From contig OY759729.1 in NCBI GenBank assembly GCA_963662585.1, forward strand, positions 2,400,001 to 2,464,000: DNA of 64,000 bases. The letters run 5' to 3'. This stretch comes from Candidatus Cloacimonadales bacterium (GTDB lineage: Bacteria > Cloacimonadota > Cloacimonadia > Cloacimonadales > JAFGVF01). Position numbers and translations under genes: made by a program. The notes under the pieces are model-generated. The model worked only from the letters and a program-made list of their open reading frames with translations, did no database searches and was not told the DNA's origin. This document shows, piece after piece, positions 59,246-64,000 of this stretch (the first letter of the stretch is position 1; every line of letters begins with the position of its first letter).

Positions 59246-61033
59246 ATGAAAATGATTAACTTAACAATCAATAATGTTCCTGTAGAAGTTCCAGAAGGCA
59301 CAACTATTATAAAGGCTGCTTTAAAAGCTGGATTTAAAGTTCCTTCTTTATGCTGGCATCCTGACTTAGCTCCTACAGCAGCTTGTGGAATCTGTGTATG
59401 CGATGTGGAAGGCTATGGTGTTCCTAAAAGAGCATGTGCTACTCCTGTTACTGAAGGAATGAAAGTTAATACTAATAGCAAAGAATTAAGAGAATTAAGA
59501 AAAACTATTTTAGAATTAGTTCTATCTAATCATGATGTAAAATGTCCTACTTGTGTTGCTAATGGCAAATGTGAATTACAGCAATTAGCTTACACTATGG
59601 ATATCGATATGGAAAAAGTTCCTAAATTATTAGAAATGCATCCAATTGACTATTCAAGTCCTTCAATCGTAAGAGATAGAAATAAATGTATCAACTGTGG
59701 TCGTTGTATCACTGTATGTAACGAAATCCAAACTGTTAATGCTTTAACATTTGCAGATCGTGGTTTCGAAGCTCATGTTGACACAGCTATGAGCTGGGGA
59801 ATCGGTAATAGTGCTTGTGTTAATTGTGGTCAATGTACAGTTTACTGCCCAACAGGTGCTTTAAGAGAGAAAGACGATACTGATAAAGTATGGGATGCTC
59901 TTTTAGATCCAACTAAACATGTTGTGGTTCAAGAAGCTCCATCTATCCGTGCATCATTAGGTGATGAATTCGGTATGGATATGGGTACTGTAACTCCTGG
60001 TAAAATGTATGCAGCTTTAAGAGCTCTTGGTTTTGATTCAGTTATGGATACTAACTTCACTGCTGACCTTACAATCATGGAAGAAGGTACAGAGTGTGTT
60101 GAGAATCTTAAGAAACATTCTGGAAAACCTGTTATTACTTCATGTTCTCCTGGTTGGGTTAAATTTGTTGAAACTTATTACCCTGACTTAACTCCTTATG
60201 TTTCAACTGCTAAATCACCAATGTCAATGTTTGGTGCTTTATCAAAAACTTACTATCCTGAAACTCATGGTTTAGATCCTAAAGATATCGTTTCAGTTGC
60301 TATCATGCCTTGTACAGCTAAGAAATTCGAAGCTCAAAGACCTGAACTTAGTAACAATGGATTACAGGATACTGACATAGTTCTTACTACTCGTGAATTC
60401 TTGAGAATGATCCACGAAGCTGGTATCGACTTTAAAAATATCGCAGAAGCAAAACCTGATGAAGGAATGAGTTTCTACACTGGTGCTGGTACTATCTTTG
60501 GTGCTACTGGTGGTGTTATGGAAGCTGCTATCCGTTCAGCTTATTTCTTAGTAACTGGTGAAGATTTAGAAAATCCTAATATCGAAGCAGTTCGTGGACT
60601 TAAAGGCGTGAAAGAAGCTGTTATTACTATCCCTGGTTTCGGTGATGTAAAAGTTGCAGTTGCTAACGGTTTAGGTAATGCTAGAAAAGTTATGGATAAA
60701 ATCCAACAACAAATTAACGAAACTGGTTCAACTGAATATCACTTCGTAGAAATCATGGCTTGCCCAGGTGGATGCGTTGGTGGTGGTGGACAACCATTCG
60801 GTAACAGCATTGCTGATCGTGCTAGAAGAGGTGAAGCTCTTTATAAAGAAGATGCAAATCTTGAATTTAGATGCTCTCATCATAACCCTGAAATAACTAA
60901 AATCTATAAAGAATATTTAGATACTCCAGGTTCTCACAAAGCACATAAATTACTTCATACTCACTACTACGGTAGAGATAAGTTCAAAGGTCATGTTGAA
61001 AAACAAACTACAGGTTTAGATTCAAAACACTAA
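59246..61033 (+). CDS. hydA: [FeFe]-hydrogenase catalytic subunit, group A
   Basis: H-cluster motifs TSCSPGW, MPCTAKKFE, EIMACPGGCVGGGGQP; N-terminal 2Fe-2S, His-ligated 4Fe-4S and 2x4Fe-4S motifs. Confidence 0.96.
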   Translation: MKMINLTINNVPVEVPEGTTIIKAALKAGFKVPSLCWHPDLAPTAACGICVCDVEGYGVPKRACATPVTEGMKVNTNSKELRELRKTILELVLSNHDVKCPTCVANGKCELQQLAYTMDIDMEKVPKLLEMHPIDYSSPSIVRDRNKCINCGRCITVCNEIQTVNALTFADRGFEAHVDTAMSWGIGNSACVNCGQCTVYCPTGALREKDDTDKVWDALLDPTKHVVVQEAPSIRASLGDEFGMDMGTVTPGKMYAALRALGFDSVMDTNFTADLTIMEEGTECVENLKKHSGKPVITSCSPGWVKFVETYYPDLTPYVSTAKSPMSMFGALSKTYYPETHGLDPKDIVSVAIMPCTAKKFEAQRPELSNNGLQDTDIVLTTREFLRMIHEAGIDFKNIAEAKPDEGMSFYTGAGTIFGATGGVMEAAIRSAYFLVTGEDLENPNIEAVRGLKGVKEAVITIPGFGDVKVAVANGLGNARKVMDKIQQQINETGSTEYHFVEIMACPGGCVGGGGQPFGNSIADRARRGEALYKEDANLEFRCSHHNPEITKIYKEYLDTPGSHKAHKLLHTHYYGRDKFKGHVEKQTTGLDSKH

Positions 61034-61051
61034 TATCCTGCTAGAATTATA

Positions 61052-61088
61052 AATTAAGAGGCGAATTTTTATATTCGCCTCTTTAATT
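61052..61088 (+). terminator. Terminator of the hydrogenase operon
   Basis: aagaggcgaat-tttat-attcgcctctt. Confidence 0.8.
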
Positions 61089-61237
61089 ATGCCTACTAAA
61101 ATCCCAATTTATCCTGATTATTATTGCTTCATAATTAGATTATTATAATAGCAATGATCTTTATACTAAAAGAATAAAATTTGCTCTTCAAGAAAAAATC
61201 GTTACTTTTTAAGTAAAATTTGTTTATAGGAGTTTCC

Positions 61238-61477
61238 ATGAAAAAACAAAGTATGCTTAAAATTGTTAATGTCATACTCTTTATTGCATTTATTACAACT
61301 ATTATTAGTATATTTATCTATGATATAATCCCATCTAGTCTCAATGGAAATGAGGTTCTTGGAGAGATTCATGAGACTGCTGGGATGATTTTTGCAATTT
61401 TTGCTTTTGTACATATTGGCTTTAACTGGAAATGGATCAAAACACAAATATTTAAAAAGAAGGGAGAAAAGAAATGA
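61238..61477 (+). CDS. DUF4405-like two-TM protein
   Basis: EIHETAG...FVHIGFNWKWIK with two His in a TM helix. Confidence 0.75.
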   Translation: MKKQSMLKIVNVILFIAFITTIISIFIYDIIPSSLNGNEVLGEIHETAGMIFAIFAFVHIGFNWKWIKTQIFKKKGEKK

Positions 61478-61812
61478 AGAAACTACTAATTATTGGTGTT
61501 CTTTTCATTATGATGTCAAGCTTGTTTGCTCATTCTGCAAAAGATGTTACTGCTACTTATGATAAAGAAACAAAATTACTCAAAGTGGACTATGTTCATA
61601 AGGTAAGCGATGAAGCTAAGCACTATATTGTTAAAGTTATAGTAGAAGTTAATAAAAAAGAGATTATCACTCAGTTGCTTTCAAAACAGGAAAGTGCTGA
61701 TGGGGGAGAACTAATTTATAGAATCCCTGATTTAAAAATTGGCGATGAGGTTAGAGTAATTACTGAATGTAATAAGACAGGAAAGAAATCAACTAAAGTA
61801 ACAATAGAATAA
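61474..61812 (+). CDS. Exported superoxide-reductase/desulfoferrodoxin-fold-like protein
   Basis: Signal peptide then HSA...VHKV...KHYI...ECNKTG. Confidence 0.55.
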   Translation: MKKLLIIGVLFIMMSSLFAHSAKDVTATYDKETKLLKVDYVHKVSDEAKHYIVKVIVEVNKKEIITQLLSKQESADGGELIYRIPDLKIGDEVRVITECNKTGKKSTKVTIE

Positions 61813-62041
61813 GTAGTGATTGAATGATATTATAAAATACTTGGGTCTTTTAGAAGTATTTAAGAGAGTAAAAACAAAAGAAAATACAGTAGCCCTAAGA
61901 AAAGCCTCCTTAAAAGTTAATTTCCCCTTTTAAATGCTTATATCAATAAATAAAACAGACTGTAACAAGAAATAACAGCTAATAATCACTATGTCTTTCT
62001 TATTTCTTGACTTAATAATCATCTTCTTTATATATTGTTTT

Positions 62042-62857
62042 ATGAAAATATATTTTGTGGATTCATTTACTGATAAAGCCTTTAAGGGTAATCCCGCAGC
62101 AGTTGTTATCCTAGATAAGTTATTGTCTGATGAACTGATGCTTAATATTGCCCAAGAAATTGGCTTTTCTGAGACAGCTTTTTTCTTAGAAGAAAAGAAG
62201 GAAAGATTCTCTTTAAGATGGTTCTCTCCAAGAGTGGAAGTTGCTCTCTGTGGGCATGCAACTTTAGCTACAGCCAAAATATTTTTTACCTATCTCCAGC
62301 CTAAAGTAAATAAGATAGATTTCTTTACTAAGTATGGTAAACTTAGCTGTTTCCGAGAAAATGACAAGATTCAGATGGATTTCCCTAGAGATATTTCTAA
62401 TAAAATCGAAATTTACAATGAAATAAAAGATTTCTTTGATTTCCCAATAAAAGACAGTATATTTTTAAGTGAACATAATCATTATTTGACTGTATTTATT
62501 GCTGATTCAATAAGACTTGATGATCTATATGTTGATATTAATAAAATTTTGGAACTAGATAAAATTGTTTCTGGAATTAGGGGTTTAATAATTAGCAAGC
62601 AAGATAATGGTAAAGTACAGATGAGATTCTTTGATCCTTGGGAAGGAATACCTGAAGATCCAGTAACAGGTTCAGCTGCTTTAGTTGTTGCAGAGTACTG
62701 GTTTGAATTTCTAAAGAGTGATTACTTAGAGATTGATCAATTATCCCTCCGTGGAGGAAAAATATTTGTGAAGCGTGGAGAGCAAAGTCTCTCTATCATA
62801 GGCACTGCAACAATTATATTAGAAGGAAAAATAATGGTAGGTAAATATGGTGAATAA
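62042..62857 (+). CDS. PhzF family isomerase
   Basis: VDSFT...GNPAAV, SETAF, EVALCGHATLA, EDPVTGSA. Confidence 0.93.
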   Translation: MKIYFVDSFTDKAFKGNPAAVVILDKLLSDELMLNIAQEIGFSETAFFLEEKKERFSLRWFSPRVEVALCGHATLATAKIFFTYLQPKVNKIDFFTKYGKLSCFRENDKIQMDFPRDISNKIEIYNEIKDFFDFPIKDSIFLSEHNHYLTVFIADSIRLDDLYVDINKILELDKIVSGIRGLIISKQDNGKVQMRFFDPWEGIPEDPVTGSAALVVAEYWFEFLKSDYLEIDQLSLRGGKIFVKRGEQSLSIIGTATIILEGKIMVGKYGE

Positions 62858-62978
62858 ATCACAAAAGTTTTATTTAGGAGTTTTATTAATATCAAGCTTT
62901 GCCTTAATATTAATTGCTCTAATTAATAAAACCAAGATGTCTTTAGAAGGTACAGTAAAGGTAGGTATAAATGGCTAA
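62847..62978 (+). CDS. 43-aa chimeric ORF (MlaD-like N-terminus plus PhzF-like tail)
   Basis: MVNKSQKFYLGVLLISSFALILIALINKTKMSLEGTVKVGING*; overlaps both neighbours; not in ORF track. Confidence 0.5.
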   Translation: MVNKSQKFYLGVLLISSFALILIALINKTKMSLEGTVKVGING

Positions 62979-63933
62979 CAAAGCTCAGAAATTTCGTCTT
63001 GGAGTCTTTTTAATTACTGGATTTTCCTTGATAATTATTACTATAGCTGTAATAGCAGGAAGTAGTCTATCTCAAAAAAGAGATATTTATTATATCAACT
63101 TCCTAAATGAATCAGTTGGTGGTTTAGATGTTGGTAGTAAAGTTAATTATCAAGGTATCGGGGTTGGTCGAGTTGAAGAAATTGTGATTTCCCCCGAAGA
63201 TGTTACTTCTATAATTGTTACTATTAGTATTCAGGGTGGCACACCAATAAAAAGTGATGCCAAGGCTTCTCTTTCCCCAGTCGGTATCACAGGATTAAAT
63301 GCCATAGAAATAAAGGGTGGAACTAATGAATCTAAACTCTTAGAACCAAAATCCTCTATTGAAGTTGAGAAATCTCTCTTTGGAACAATAACCAATAAGG
63401 CAGTATCAATTACAGAACAATTAGATGAACTAATAAAGAGTTTAAATAAATTAGCTGACCAAAGCAATATCGATAATATTGCTTCTATAATTGGAAATTT
63501 AGATGAAATTCTTACAGAAAATCGTTCTACTTTAGAAGGAACAATGCGTAATTTAGAACTAATTTCAGGAGATGTGGCTAAATTTACTAATGTCCTAGAA
63601 TCCAAATTAGATACCCTAGTTACTTCAGCAACCCAATCAATAATAGCAGTTAATAAGATTTTAAGTAATAATTCTATCAATAATATTATTACTAATCTTG
63701 ATTCTATTTCTTCAGATTTAGCTGGAGCTGATCTAGATGTTCTAATTACTAGTGTAAATAGCTCAGTTATTAGATTAGAATCAATGATGAGTACTGTTGA
63801 TAACACTGTTATTAGATCAAGAAGAGATATTTTAGATATTCTAGAATCTGCCAGAGAAGCAATGGAGAATTTAAATGAATTCTCTAAACAGATTAATGAT
63901 AACCCATCCGCAATTATAAGAAGCAGTAATTAG
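62971..63933 (+). CDS. MlaD/MCE family protein
   Basis: N-terminal TM; ESVGGLDVGSKVNYQGIGVGRV, GITG; long helical tail ending NPSAII. Confidence 0.9.
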   Translation: MANKAQKFRLGVFLITGFSLIIITIAVIAGSSLSQKRDIYYINFLNESVGGLDVGSKVNYQGIGVGRVEEIVISPEDVTSIIVTISIQGGTPIKSDAKASLSPVGITGLNAIEIKGGTNESKLLEPKSSIEVEKSLFGTITNKAVSITEQLDELIKSLNKLADQSNIDNIASIIGNLDEILTENRSTLEGTMRNLELISGDVAKFTNVLESKLDTLVTSATQSIIAVNKILSNNSINNIITNLDSISSDLAGADLDVLITSVNSSVIRLESMMSTVDNTVIRSRRDILDILESAREAMENLNEFSKQINDNPSAIIRSSN

Positions 63934-63941
63934 GAGAGCAC

Positions 63942-64000
63942 ATGAGAAAACATAACTATTTTATATTTATTTTAATCGTAATTTTAGTTTCAACAATTTT
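63942..64000 (+). CDS. Start of an exported protein (truncated by window end)
   Basis: AGGAG RBS then MRKHNYFIFILIVILVSTI. Confidence 0.55.
   Translation, partial: MRKHNYFIFILIVILVSTI

Noticed and set aside
63231..63806. 191-aa antisense ORF, and other short antisense or nested ORFs in the track (e.g. 4987-5265, 37529-37840, 61930-62277)
   Set aside because: Shadow frames of well-supported genes, with no RBS or motifs.

Overview
AT-rich chromosomal segment of an anaerobic diderm bacterium. Secreted proteins ending in 'YPNP...YNxKGQ...GxYF' domains suggest Cloacimonadota or another FCB-group lineage (inference). Core genes include rex with an Fe-ADH, pdxK-HAD-nif3-manA, a CIRCE-preceded groES-trxA, rarA, a transcarboxylase operon, lon, a nucleoside ABC uptake locus, two acyl-activating enzymes, a four-gene [FeFe]-hydrogenase, PhzF and mlaD. 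There are four tRNAs (Pro, Val, Val, Pro) and one complete IS4-like element with a 15-bp target duplication. An accessory zone at about 29.4-42.9 kb lies next to the tRNAs. Most notable findings: (1) the hydrogenase has the four-gene layout of bifurcating enzymes, but two thioredoxin-like domains have lost their cluster cysteines and the flavoprotein carries non-bifurcating signatures; (2) an unannotated ~215-nt rod-shaped ncRNA candidate on the minus strand; (3) at several sites a gene junction is duplicated, usually with diverged copies and usually around cargo genes, with no integrase present; (4) modular intergenic mosaics built from several REP-like families. All alignments and folds were done by eye and no database searches were run.
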